Part shown: piece after piece, positions 1 through 8,098 of the stretch
Layout of the letters: each line of letters starts with the position of its first letter
Position numbering within the stretch: the stretch's first letter is position 1
Origin: a virus
Reading direction: 5' to 3' (one strand)
IMG/VR virus record: IMGVR_UViG_3300002460_000027
Length of the DNA: 64,000 nucleotides
Notes under the pieces: generated by a model
Seen by the model: the letters and a program-made list of their open reading frames with translations, nothing else
Databases searched by the model: none
Told to the model about the DNA's origin: nothing
Made by a program: the position numbers and the translations under genes

Positions 1-705
1 CATCCCGGGGCGGAGCGCTTCGGCCAAGTCAAGCATCCGGGCGGCGGGCAGGTGCGGGACGAAGATCTCCCCGCCCTGCATGTCCTGGATCGCGTCCGTC
101 ACGAACTGGACTGCTTGGGGCATGGTGATGATGAAACGGGTGGCGAGGGGGTCCGTGATGGTCAGCGGCAGCGGCTGGGCCCGCCACGTGTGGACGACCG
201 AGCCGCGTGACCCCAGCACGTTGCCGTACCGGAGCACGCTGGAGAGGGTGCCGCTCGGGGCTCCGTAGGTGTTGTAGGCCACTGTCATCCACTCGGCTTG
301 GGCTTTGGAGACGCCGTAAGCGTTCGTAGCATAGCACGCTTTGTCCGACGATATAAGCAGCACACGGCGGACATCAGCGAGGTGTGCGGCTCTGAGCACG
401 TTGCGAGTTCCGAGTACATTAGTCTGAAATACCTCGTCAGGGTCACGGGCCACGCTGTCAACACGCTTGAGAGCCGCCGCGTGTACCACCGCATCAACTG
501 GAGCAAATGCCAATGTGAGCCGGTCTTGGTCACGGACATCTCCTAGGAAGAAGTCCACACGCGGGTCGGGGATCGCCGCCCGCATCTGGGCTTGCTTCAG
601 TTCGTCTCGGGACAGCACGACCACGCGCCAGTCGGTTGTGGCGAGCACGTGGCGGGTGAGCGCGTGGCCGAGAGAGCCGGTGCCGCCCGTGATGAGGAGT
701 CTCAT
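1..705 (-). CDS. pseB: PseB/FlaA1-like UDP-GlcNAc 4,6-dehydratase, 5' part (complete copy at 51238-52200)
   Basis: Identical to 51496-52200; starts MRLLITGGTGSLG (ATG at 705). Confidence 0.85.
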   Translation of the reverse strand, partial: MRLLITGGTGSLGHALTRHVLATTDWRVVVLSRDELKQAQMRAAIPDPRVDFFLGDVRDQDRLTLAFAPVDAVVHAAALKRVDSVARDPDEVFQTNVLGTRNVLRAAHLADVRRVLLISSDKACYATNAYGVSKAQAEWMTVAYNTYGAPSGTLSSVLRYGNVLGSRGSVVHTWRAQPLPLTITDPLATRFIITMPQAVQFVTDAIQDMQGGEIFVPHLPAARMLDLAEALRPGM

Positions 706-971
706 CTGGATACGCTGAACCAACATGGAGAAAGTCCCCATACTCTTATAGTATTCCGTACGTTCTCACACTCTGCTTGTGTGTCAAATGGACCCACAAC
801 CGTAGCTGGCGCTCCCCCACCAAACAGCCCTCCTGAGTTGCCAGGGATAAGAAACCACCAAGCCAAGACGATAATTAGTCTGAGCCTCATCACAGCCACA
901 CATGCCCCCCATCCGGCAGCACCTGCCCCCACGTTGCCGGGCAGGTGAACGGATGCCCCCAAAACGTCCAC
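702..971 (-). CDS. small hypothetical membrane/secreted protein (likely start near MRLRLIIVLAWW)
   Basis: Hydrophobic N-terminal stretch; fills the gap between polymerase and dehydratase. Confidence 0.5.
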   Translation of the reverse strand: MDVLGASVHLPGNVGAGAAGWGACVAVMRLRLIIVLAWWFLIPGNSGGLFGGGAPATVVGPFDTQAECENVRNTIRVWGLSPCWFSVSR

Positions 972-1903
972 TCCCGTTCAACCAGCCCCCGGAGGGTCGC
1001 GTGTGCGAGGTCCGGGGAGATACGGTCTGGAAACCCGACCTCCGCCCCGTCATGCCGGTTGACCACCAGCCAGCACTCGGGGAGGACCGCTGTCAGCCCG
1101 ATCAGCGTGAGGTTCATCATGTCTGAGACCGTGGCAGAGATGGTGTGCGACCAGCCTTCCTTGGCGCGGGCACGACGATCACCAGACAGCCTTCTAAGTC
1201 GCCCGAACCCGGAACGAGCCAGACCCGTGTCAGCGCAAGACTGCTGCGCGGCCATTTTGGCGGCCACGAACCGTGGCTTAGCGCGGAGATAGGCCTTACC
1301 AAAGTCCTCAAGCTCTCGCCGGGTATAGCCAAGTTTCTCTACCCCCTTGGCATTGAGGATACCACGGTGGTCCTCCGCATACAAGAGGGCGTAGCGGGCC
1401 GTCTTGGCCATGTGACGCTGGGCGTCGGTCACGGGCGGCTCGACGTTGAACATGCGGCAGGCCGTCAGCGTGTGGACGTCGGCCCCGGAGGCGAAGGCGT
1501 CCAAGTCTTCCTGGTCTTGGCAGTAGGTGGCGGCGAGTCGGGCTTCGACGGCTTGCCAGTCGAACGTGAGCCAGTAGGTTCCGGGATCTGGCACGAGCAC
1601 GCCCCGAACATCTCGCGGGCACCAGGTATCCTCCACGTGCGGCAACTGGCACACGGACAGATCATGCCGTGGGAAGTTGGTAAGGGGGGGACTAGTAGTA
1701 CTCCACCGTCCTGAAGCCTGGGCAGTAGGGAGCATGAGTGGGTAGATACGGTCCCGTTCGGCCAGATCAGCAACATAGCGTCGTATCCCCTCTAGTTCTG
1801 TGTGGGCCAGCCTAGCGTCCAGCACGTCCGAGATGACCCCATGCCGCCGGAGGGCCTCAAGGGTGTCGGCCTCAACGCTGTGGGGCGGGCGGCGCTTGGG
1901 CAT
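890..1903 (-). CDS. polA: DNA polymerase family A, polymerase (thumb/palm/fingers) part
   Basis: GRWSTTSPPLTNFP, motif A DWQAVEARLAA, DVHTLTA, motif B RHMAKTARYALLY, motif C NRHDG; start could be 1903 or 1969. Confidence 0.9.
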   Translation of the reverse strand: MPKRRPPHSVEADTLEALRRHGVISDVLDARLAHTELEGIRRYVADLAERDRIYPLMLPTAQASGRWSTTSPPLTNFPRHDLSVCQLPHVEDTWCPRDVRGVLVPDPGTYWLTFDWQAVEARLAATYCQDQEDLDAFASGADVHTLTACRMFNVEPPVTDAQRHMAKTARYALLYAEDHRGILNAKGVEKLGYTRRELEDFGKAYLRAKPRFVAAKMAAQQSCADTGLARSGFGRLRRLSGDRRARAKEGWSHTISATVSDMMNLTLIGLTAVLPECWLVVNRHDGAEVGFPDRISPDLAHATLRGLVEREWTFWGHPFTCPATWGQVLPDGGHVWL

Positions 1904-2048
1904 GGACGGTCTGTTGGGTACAGTTCCAGCATGTAGCAGCGGTTTCTGGCTTGATGAGTACCCACCCATATGGCCACGAGTTCCACTCCCGGCCGAGCGG
2001 TATCACGTGCCCACAAGCATACACGTTCCCGGCCAGGGTCACCGCCAT
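1872..2048 (-). CDS. 58-aa Cys/His micro-protein (CGHV...CWNC), divergent family member lying between the two polymerase ORFs
   Basis: MAVTLAGNVYACGHVIPLGREWNSWPYGWVLIKPETAATCWNCTQQTVHAQAPPAPQR; ATG overlaps the upstream TGA. Confidence 0.6.
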   Translation of the reverse strand: MAVTLAGNVYACGHVIPLGREWNSWPYGWVLIKPETAATCWNCTQQTVHAQAPPAPQR

Positions 2049-3412
2049 CGTTCTACCCCATACCCCTGCGCGGCCACCTGCGGACCAGAGCGGAGGTTCA
2101 ACGGCCAGCCGGCCGCTGCTTGAGCTTCCAGTGCAATCGTATGCTGGGCATCCCGCAAAGAGAGCACAGCCCGTTTGGCTCGTAGGGCATCCACTCGTAT
2201 GCCCACCCTGCGCGCCATAGCAACGATACGCAGAAGCGGCAGTAGCGCGTGTCTGTAGACCCACTCGCTGGCTGGGTCTCGGGCCAGCTCGTCTCGGAGT
2301 CCCTGCCAGACGTCCCACGTTCCGAGCGCGTCCCCTGCCGCGTACTCGACCGGGTTGGCTTGGGAGAGGTGCTTCCAGCGGTTCGTACGGGCATAGAGGC
2401 TCCCCAGGAAGTCCAGGTCGTGAGCCAGTTCCGAATAGAGCGCGTGATGGGCATACATGGTGTCCTCGTGTGTCACCGGAACGGTGCCGAAGAACTCCTC
2501 TAGGCGGTCAATGTCCGCGTCGGCTTGGTGGAAGATAACGTGCGGCATCTGGGCTGAGGTGCCAAGCATCCTTGGCAGAGGCTCGTCCGCGTCCACTACC
2601 CAGACTTTCTCCCCGTCCGACGCAGACCATCTGACGAGGTGCCGTTCCTGCCCCTGCTCCCAGAACTCCGTGTCAAACGCAAACTCAGCCGGCCACGCCG
2701 CCATCGCCCGCCGGATCGGCGGCATCGGCTGGGGCCAGCGCCCCGCCAGCAGCTCGCCGAGCTTCTGCCAGTCCCGAAGCGCGGCTGGCTTGAGCCACGG
2801 GGCCTCGTAGATCGCGGCTGGGTGAAGGGTAGCGTACACCACCATCCCGCCTCCCGGCGGCGTCCATACGTGCGAGGCCGTCTGACGCTTGAAGGGGGAC
2901 CACGGTAGCACCCACCCGCGCCACCCGGCTATCTTTCGTGAGATGCCGTAGGGGGGCGGGTCGCCGCCGTCTTCCCCTGTGGTGGCCCAGAGTGCGTAAC
3001 CGCCGAGGGCGACGACAACCATACACGCCGCCGGGGGTCGAAAGTATGCCTGCTGGCAGTGCTGGATCGCGTTTCTGACCTCCACTCGTTCCAATGTAGG
3101 TAGCTGGTTAGAGCCACCAACGCGGCATCGGACGACATTGGCGAGGGAAACGTCTTCTCGCACCAAGCCAGCAAGCGGGAGGTACGTTCGTCCCAGGTCA
3201 TAGCCGGAGTCTCCGATGAAGGGGGCGGGCTCGCCCGGCTCCCACTTCTTGAGCCGGCCCGCCCGGCCGACGAGCCGCTCCCCACGTTCTTCGTGCTCAC
3301 CGGGGGCCTGCCCTAAGACCAAGACGGGGACGGGCCGGTACTCGTCCGGCACCATCCACCGCCCTTTGGTCTCGAAGGGGCAGCCGCGACATCCGGGGCC
3401 CTTTGGGATCAC
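2039..3412 (-). CDS. family-4 uracil-DNA-glycosylase-like domain fused to PolA 3'-5' exonuclease (N-terminal half of DNA polymerase)
   Basis: CRGCP, VLGQAPG, PFIGDSG, NVVRCR, ALG, TLHPAA (UDG4); FDTE, FHQADAD, EDTM, YAAGDA (Exo I-III); PLNLRSGPQV (thumb start). GTG start at 3412 inferred. Confidence 0.85.
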   Translation of the reverse strand: MIPKGPGCRGCPFETKGRWMVPDEYRPVPVLVLGQAPGEHEERGERLVGRAGRLKKWEPGEPAPFIGDSGYDLGRTYLPLAGLVREDVSLANVVRCRVGGSNQLPTLERVEVRNAIQHCQQAYFRPPAACMVVVALGGYALWATTGEDGGDPPPYGISRKIAGWRGWVLPWSPFKRQTASHVWTPPGGGMVVYATLHPAAIYEAPWLKPAALRDWQKLGELLAGRWPQPMPPIRRAMAAWPAEFAFDTEFWEQGQERHLVRWSASDGEKVWVVDADEPLPRMLGTSAQMPHVIFHQADADIDRLEEFFGTVPVTHEDTMYAHHALYSELAHDLDFLGSLYARTNRWKHLSQANPVEYAAGDALGTWDVWQGLRDELARDPASEWVYRHALLPLLRIVAMARRVGIRVDALRAKRAVLSLRDAQHTIALEAQAAAGWPLNLRSGPQVAAQGYGVERWR

Positions 3413-3417
3413 CCAAC

Positions 3418-3909
3418 CTAGTCCCGCACAGGACTCAGCGCCACGACGAAGTTGCTGGGCTCTGGGAACCGCTCGTTGCCTTCCAGCCGCCGGATACGGA
3501 GCCGGACGGGGTAGTCCCGCACGTACCCAGCCACCTCGGCCAGGGTGTCCGGGTCGCGGCCGTTCGCCGTCTTGAAGGCGGTCACGGCCTGTGTCCACCG
3601 CTGGGAACTGGCATCCGGCCGCCCGGAGTCGTTCGTCACCCGGTCGGGGGACATCGTGAGCCCGATCCCACCCTTCTCGCCCGTGACCTCGTGCTGCACC
3701 TGCGCGAAGAAGCGGTACTCAATCCGGCCGCGCTCGCCCCCGCCGTTGTCCTGCACCTTCGTCCGGTCGGAGACTCGCGCCGTCAGCGTCAGGGCGGGCA
3801 GCGTCCGATACGTCCCCTCGGTGAGAAGCAGCGCAGTCTGCGTCTCCTTGTCCTGCTCGGCCTGCTCCTGCGTGTACGCTCGTGCCAACAGTTCGTCCAT
3901 GCCTTCCAT
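3418..3909 (-). CDS. hypothetical protein, possible ssDNA-binding protein by position
   Basis: Follows the Sak4-like and exonuclease genes; no diagnostic motif. Confidence 0.45.
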   Translation of the reverse strand: MEGMDELLARAYTQEQAEQDKETQTALLLTEGTYRTLPALTLTARVSDRTKVQDNGGGERGRIEYRFFAQVQHEVTGEKGGIGLTMSPDRVTNDSGRPDASSQRWTQAVTAFKTANGRDPDTLAEVAGYVRDYPVRLRIRRLEGNERFPEPSNFVVALSPVRD

Positions 3910-3910
3910 T

Positions 3911-4078
3911 TTATCTTCCCCCTTGGCTCAAACAGGGCCTGTGATGAATTATCGGCAGACTGCACCTGCAACATCCCGTTTTGGTTAGTGGCATTACTAC
4001 GTGAGTGGGCCAAATCCCTACAGCGTTCCAGACACACACATGCCCGCAACTCTCGACATACGTTTGCAGCGTTCTCAT
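3911..4078 (-). CDS. 55-aa CGHVC...CCRC micro-protein
   Basis: MRTLQTYVESCGHVCVWNAVGIWPTHVVMPLTKTGCCRCSLPIIHHRPCLSQGGR; ATGA overlap with upstream stop. Confidence 0.7.
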   Translation of the reverse strand: MRTLQTYVESCGHVCVWNAVGIWPTHVVMPLTKTGCCRCSLPIIHHRPCLSQGGR

Positions 4079-4839
4079 GGTTTCAGCAACGGTTCCAGCT
4101 TGCGGAAGTCCGGCGGCTCCAGCTTGTTCGGGAGTCGCGCCGCCATCTCGGGCGGGAGCTTGACCCCGACCCCCCAGACCTTCCCCGCCGGCCGGATCTG
4201 CCAGCGTGCGGTGACCTTCCCCTGCGGGGTGGGCGGGTCCACTTCCGCGTACAGCACGACCGAGAACTCGCCCACGATCCGTGACGCCATCATGCCCGGC
4301 AGGTCGGGGAAGATGTGGCTCGGCGCGTTCTTGGACTTGTCGGTCGGGTCGTCCTTCGTGCGGCCTTCCCATGCCGTCATTACAACATACGGCACCTGGG
4401 ATTGCAAGACTTTGTTGAGGTACGCCCCGAAGTCCCGGTGGGCCTTCCCGTAGGCTTGCCCGACCGTCTCCTCCCGCTGCCCAAGGTCGAGCCACGCCCG
4501 CTCGAAGTACCACGTGTAGAGTTTGTGGACGCCGTCCCCCACGAACGTCATGCACTCGCCGTGCTTGCCGGCCAAGAGTTCCGTCGTGAGCGTTTCGACC
4601 TCGGTCACGACGGCGTGTGGGGAGAGTTTCGCGGGGTCGGCCACCTCCCAGATCCAGGCGGTGTGGTCCGGATTGTCACGCGGGATCGTCTCGTAGCCCT
4701 TCTCGCCCGGGTAGGAGACATGCTGCCGATGGGCCGGCCACGTGAAGCACGCCGTTGTCTTGAGCGTGTTGGGGGGGCCGGAGATGAGCACCCGGCGACC
4801 GTAGTGGGGCGTGGCGTCTTGCCAGCGTTTAAAGGGCAT
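4075..4839 (-). CDS. Sak4/AAA_24-like phage NTP-binding recombination protein
   Basis: Walker-A-like ISGPPNTLKTT, Walker-B-like FVGDG, VVMTAWE, PDLPG; next to the exonuclease. Confidence 0.7.
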   Translation of the reverse strand: MPFKRWQDATPHYGRRVLISGPPNTLKTTACFTWPAHRQHVSYPGEKGYETIPRDNPDHTAWIWEVADPAKLSPHAVVTEVETLTTELLAGKHGECMTFVGDGVHKLYTWYFERAWLDLGQREETVGQAYGKAHRDFGAYLNKVLQSQVPYVVMTAWEGRTKDDPTDKSKNAPSHIFPDLPGMMASRIVGEFSVVLYAEVDPPTPQGKVTARWQIRPAGKVWGVGVKLPPEMAARLPNKLEPPDFRKLEPLLKP

Positions 4840-5080
4840 GAAGGTTTCCTTGTCGAATGTAATACGAGGTTAGCCCGTAGTATGTGTTACTGCTTGTTTC
4901 TCTCAGCCCCACTGGGGCAAACTTTATTACAGCCCCAAGCGGTCCGTCGTAACCCTCACACGCCTCTAGAAATGCTGCTAGCAGTGTGGTAGCGCAGACT
5001 TGTTTGTTTTCGATTCCACCAGAACTTACGATCCACCCTTCCGCGCACATTGGTTCAGTTAGGGCGTCTCTCAAGGGCAT
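4829..5080 (-). CDS. hypothetical protein
   Basis: Open frame overlapping neighbours at both ends; lower GC. Confidence 0.45.
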   Translation of the reverse strand: MPLRDALTEPMCAEGWIVSSGGIENKQVCATTLLAAFLEACEGYDGPLGAVIKFAPVGLRETSSNTYYGLTSYYIRQGNLHAL

Positions 5081-5277
5081 CAGGTGTCCTTTCGAGAGTT
5101 ACACGATTGACAACCCCAACCATGAGGACGCGCCTGTGGCGTACACCGGCAACACCCCTCTTTGAGTATAACAATCACCTTACCATTTAGGTTTGTGAGT
5201 GGTGGCATCAACACATGCCCACACTCAGGCACCTCAACAAACCATGTTCCATCAAACCTTCCGTTCCAGCCGGCCAT
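5080..5277 (-). CDS. 65-aa CGHV...CCRC micro-protein
   Basis: MAGWNGRFDGTWFVEVPECGHVLMPPLTNLNGKVIVILKEGCCRCTPQARPHGWGCQSCNSRKDT. Confidence 0.65.
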   Translation of the reverse strand: MAGWNGRFDGTWFVEVPECGHVLMPPLTNLNGKVIVILKEGCCRCTPQARPHGWGCQSCNSRKDT

Positions 5278-6046
5278 AAGCACTCTCCATCTGGTCTGGG
5301 TCCAAGTGTAGCACATGACAAGCTGGGATATACTCACACGGGCCGTACTTGCCGTAACAGGCCGTGAAGTTCGGGGTGGAGTCTCGACACCACGGCTCGT
5401 CTTCATCAAACGTTTTGTCCATGTCAAACCATGCCTGCTCAGCCCCTTTTAGCCAAAACGTGAGCCGGGCGGGGGTCACCTCGACAGGGTGGAGGAACGT
5501 CTGCACACGCGGGGCCAGTTGGATCATGTGAACCCGGGCCCACGAGACAGGCTCCCGCAACACCTCACCGACCTCCCACGCATAATGGAAGAGCTGGTGA
5601 CTGGTGAAGTATTCGGTCAGTTTGTCCTCACCGGCCCGCATCGTGACCTTCGTGTCCGTCACCACGAGCCCTTGACCGGGGATGCGCTGCACGAGGTCCG
5701 GGCGGGCGGTGCTCGGCAGGGGCTCATCCACCATCAACACCTCGCCGTGGTCTCGCAGGTTGTCCCCGCGTCCGGCCTCGTACCCCTTCTGGGCCAGCTT
5801 GACCAGCGCCTCCCGCGTCCAGGTGTCGTTGTCCCGGAAGCCCTCCAGGATGACGCGGCGCAGCGTGTCCTCGGGAACTGGGGTTGGGTGGCCCCGATAG
5901 TGTTCGGAGAGCGCGTCCCCGATGGCGGACCCCAAGAGCATGTTCGGGGTCCATACCCTACCCAGCGGCTCCCAAGAACGCTTTAGAGTCGCGTACATAG
6001 GACACCGGAGCCAGTCAGCGGTACGGCTTGGGCTGTAGGATGGCAT
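5252..6046 (-). CDS. PD-(D/E)xK exonuclease, Cas4/RecB-like with probable Fe-S cluster
   Basis: SPSRTADWLRCP, RPDLV, VVTDTK, QLFHY, C-terminal C...C.Y...C. Confidence 0.8.
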   Translation of the reverse strand: MPSYSPSRTADWLRCPMYATLKRSWEPLGRVWTPNMLLGSAIGDALSEHYRGHPTPVPEDTLRRVILEGFRDNDTWTREALVKLAQKGYEAGRGDNLRDHGEVLMVDEPLPSTARPDLVQRIPGQGLVVTDTKVTMRAGEDKLTEYFTSHQLFHYAWEVGEVLREPVSWARVHMIQLAPRVQTFLHPVEVTPARLTFWLKGAEQAWFDMDKTFDEDEPWCRDSTPNFTACYGKYGPCEYIPACHVLHLDPDQMESAYGRLERKV

Positions 6047-6051
6047 TCTAG

Positions 6052-6258
6052 TCAGCGCTTACCGCCTAGGGGAGGGCTTCCTTTGGGCCGGAGACGTCTG
6101 CCGGCCTCGCGCCGAGCGGCCCCCACACCACTCACGCACCGTGAGCAGGTGTATATAGCTGGTTTCTCAGGCAAATACGGCCATCGAAGCTCTCCACATC
6201 TGGCGCAGGAGACCTCGTATGTCTGATGATGCTTCAAGTGGGTGCAGATGGTGGCCAT
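6052..6258 (-). CDS. small zinc-finger protein (CARC...CSRC)
   Basis: Two CxxC pairs; upstream SD-like GGAG. Confidence 0.55.
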   Translation of the reverse strand: MATICTHLKHHQTYEVSCARCGELRWPYLPEKPAIYTCSRCVSGVGAARREAGRRLRPKGSPPLGGKR

Positions 6259-6269
6259 GCTCGTGTCTC

Positions 6270-6443
6270 CTAGCCTCTTCTACGACAGGCACAGAGGGCA
6301 CTATAGTCGTCTGTGATTCCATTCCCCGATGTTTCTCCCCGGCACCGGCAACACATACTTATTGTCCTTGGGTAGACCCACGCAGCCTCTGTCCTCTCAA
6401 CACACACATGCGGGCATTTTGTGTGGTAGTACACACTAAGCAA
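6270..6443 (-). CDS. about 57-aa CPHVC...CCRC micro-protein
   Basis: LSVYYHTKCPHVCVERTEAAWVYPRTISMCCRCRGETSG...LCAC; TTG start inferred from overlap with upstream TAG, alternative start 6488. Confidence 0.65.
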   Translation of the reverse strand: MLSVYYHTKCPHVCVERTEAAWVYPRTISMCCRCRGETSGNGITDDYSALCACRRRG

Positions 6444-6666
6444 AACTCTGCCGTGTGGTGACACGCCGCCGTTTGAGTTCATCGACACTCACCACTCTAC
6501 ACAGATTGCCGTTCTTGTCAAGCACCCTGACGGGCCCGTACGGTCGCTCGGGTGGCTCGGGGAGTCGGACTTCGTGGAGGGCTGACAACCCGACCAGCGA
6601 GTGTTCAAGCATCCGAGAGTCTACCTTCTCGGTCTCAGGCTTCTTGTGATGCGAGCGTCTTGGCAT
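6436..6666 (-). CDS. hypothetical protein (MPRRSHHKK...)
   Basis: GGGAGG SD upstream of ATG 6666. Confidence 0.55.
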   Translation of the reverse strand: MPRRSHHKKPETEKVDSRMLEHSLVGLSALHEVRLPEPPERPYGPVRVLDKNGNLCRVVSVDELKRRRVTTRQSFA

Positions 6667-6688
6667 ACGCGCCTCCCTTTGGTAGAAT
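6660..6688 (+). promoter_or_regulatory. sigma70-type promoter with extended -10; probably leaderless for the helicase
   Basis: TTGGCA(6660-65)-17 bp-TAGAAT(6683-88) with TGG before -10; GTG start 7 nt downstream. Confidence 0.6.
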
Positions 6689-6695
6689 GTGAATC

Positions 6696-7481
6696 GTGCC
6701 CCTCGACCTCTCGCGCCTGCTGACCGAAACCCCGCAAGAACCACACTGGGTGGCGAACGGGATGCTGCCGCGTGGTACGCTCGTGGTGCTGGCCGGCGAC
6801 GCAGGAGTCGGCAAGAGTTTCCTGAGCTACACGCTGGCGTTCTCGGTGGCGGCCGGGCTGCCGTTCCTCGGGCGACGGGTGGAGCAGACCCGGGTGCTCT
6901 ACGTGGATGAGGAAAACTCCCTGCCAGACTTGCAAGCCTACCTGCGCTGGGTCTGGCTGGGGGTGGGGAGGCCGGACATCACGCGGCTGTCCCAGTTTCT
7001 CCACGTGGAGCACTTCACCCTTGGCCGTCAGTGGCAAGATCAGCTCACCCGCGAGTGTCTGGCGTTCCGGCCCGGGCTCATCATCGTAGACACGGCCACG
7101 TCCGCCCTCAAGATCCAGGACGAGAACGACAACGCCGAGGCCGCCCGCGTCATCTCGGGGTTGCACCAAGCCCGGGCGGCCAGCCACAACGACGCCACGG
7201 TGCTCGTGCTCAAGCACGCCAAGGTGTTGGAAGACACCCAGCACCGCCGGACGGTTCGCGGGGCAAAAGTCTGGCTTGGGCAGGCCGATGCCGTCTGGTT
7301 CCACCACGCCAAGTCCGGGCGACCACGGAAGGACGGCCTCCGACCGACCGTGCTGGAACCCGACAAAGTGCGGGCCTGGGGGCTCCGAGAGGGGGTCTCG
7401 ATTACCCCCGAGTGGACGACTGAGGAACCCCGTGGGATTAAACTCATTGGGCAGTCGCTCATTTCCCAACCCGCCAAGTAG
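6696..7481 (+). CDS. RecA-fold AAA_25/RepA-type helicase
   Basis: LVVLAGDAGVGKSFL Walker A, VLYVDEEN, LIIVDT Walker B, LKHAK, RGAKVW. Confidence 0.8.
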   Translation: MPLDLSRLLTETPQEPHWVANGMLPRGTLVVLAGDAGVGKSFLSYTLAFSVAAGLPFLGRRVEQTRVLYVDEENSLPDLQAYLRWVWLGVGRPDITRLSQFLHVEHFTLGRQWQDQLTRECLAFRPGLIIVDTATSALKIQDENDNAEAARVISGLHQARAASHNDATVLVLKHAKVLEDTQHRRTVRGAKVWLGQADAVWFHHAKSGRPRKDGLRPTVLEPDKVRAWGLREGVSITPEWTTEEPRGIKLIGQSLISQPAK

Positions 7482-7549
7482 TTGAAAAGGCGTCGATCTG
7501 ACATGCCATTAATTGGCTACCCTTATACAGAAGGGGAAGCCCTCACGAG

Positions 7550-7891
7550 GTGGCCATGAGACGTTGCCTTTGCTCCCACAAGATGCTGAAGACGAAGTGC
7601 CGAATCTGCCTACAAAAGAGGCAATCCACTCGCCAATACTGGAAGAGAGCGGCCAAGTTGAAGCGACTCGGTTTGACCCCGGCAGATTATGAGATTTTCC
7701 TAGAAGTCCAAGGCGGTCTGTGTGCATTTTGCGGGCGCGTGCCAACACACCGAAGGCTGGCGGTTGACCACAATCACAAGACAGGGAAGGTTCGTGGTCT
7801 TCTCTGCTATCGTTGCAACCGTTTCCTTGTTGGCTTTCATACCATCTCAACAGCCAAGCGATTGTTGGCATATCTACTTACCAGAGATTGA
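7550..7891 (+). CDS. endonuclease VII-like HNH nuclease
   Basis: QGGLCAFCG...LAVDHNHKTGKVRGLLCYRCN. Confidence 0.85.
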   Translation: MAMRRCLCSHKMLKTKCRICLQKRQSTRQYWKRAAKLKRLGLTPADYEIFLEVQGGLCAFCGRVPTHRRLAVDHNHKTGKVRGLLCYRCNRFLVGFHTISTAKRLLAYLLTRD

Positions 7892-8098
7892 AGCATCCTC
7901 CCCCCAATCCCAGCCCCGAACGAAGGTGCCGGTGGCGTAGGGGCAGTAGTTTCCATCTAGTTTCCTACCATCGCAGCGACAGCAGTCATACCCATCAACT
8001 CGGGTGACTATGGCCTGATCCACTTTTTTTGCATGCTCGTCTCGTCTATGTGGACACACATGCCCGCAGTTCCCTACCAGGAGCCAGATTCTAAGCAC
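7874..8098 (-). CDS. 74-aa CGHVC...CCRC micro-protein
   Basis: MLRIWLLVGNCGHVCPH...DGYDCCRCDGRKLDGNYC; GTG overlaps upstream TAG. Confidence 0.7.
   Translation of the reverse strand: MLRIWLLVGNCGHVCPHRRDEHAKKVDQAIVTRVDGYDCCRCDGRKLDGNYCPYATGTFVRGWDWGEDASISGK

Noticed and set aside
1903-2041. Genome-wide UGA recoding as the explanation for the split polymerase
   Set aside because: Many clear genes end in TGA with ATGA/GTGA coupling, so the standard code applies; no suppressor tRNA was seen.
1903-2041. T4 gene 60-type ribosomal bypass or group I intron
   Set aside because: No in-frame CGG landing codon matches the take-off codon, and 138 nt is too short for a group I core. Not supported, though not excluded experimentally.
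5252-6046. Cas4 as part of a CRISPR system
   Set aside because: No array or other cas genes; the context is a phage recombination module.
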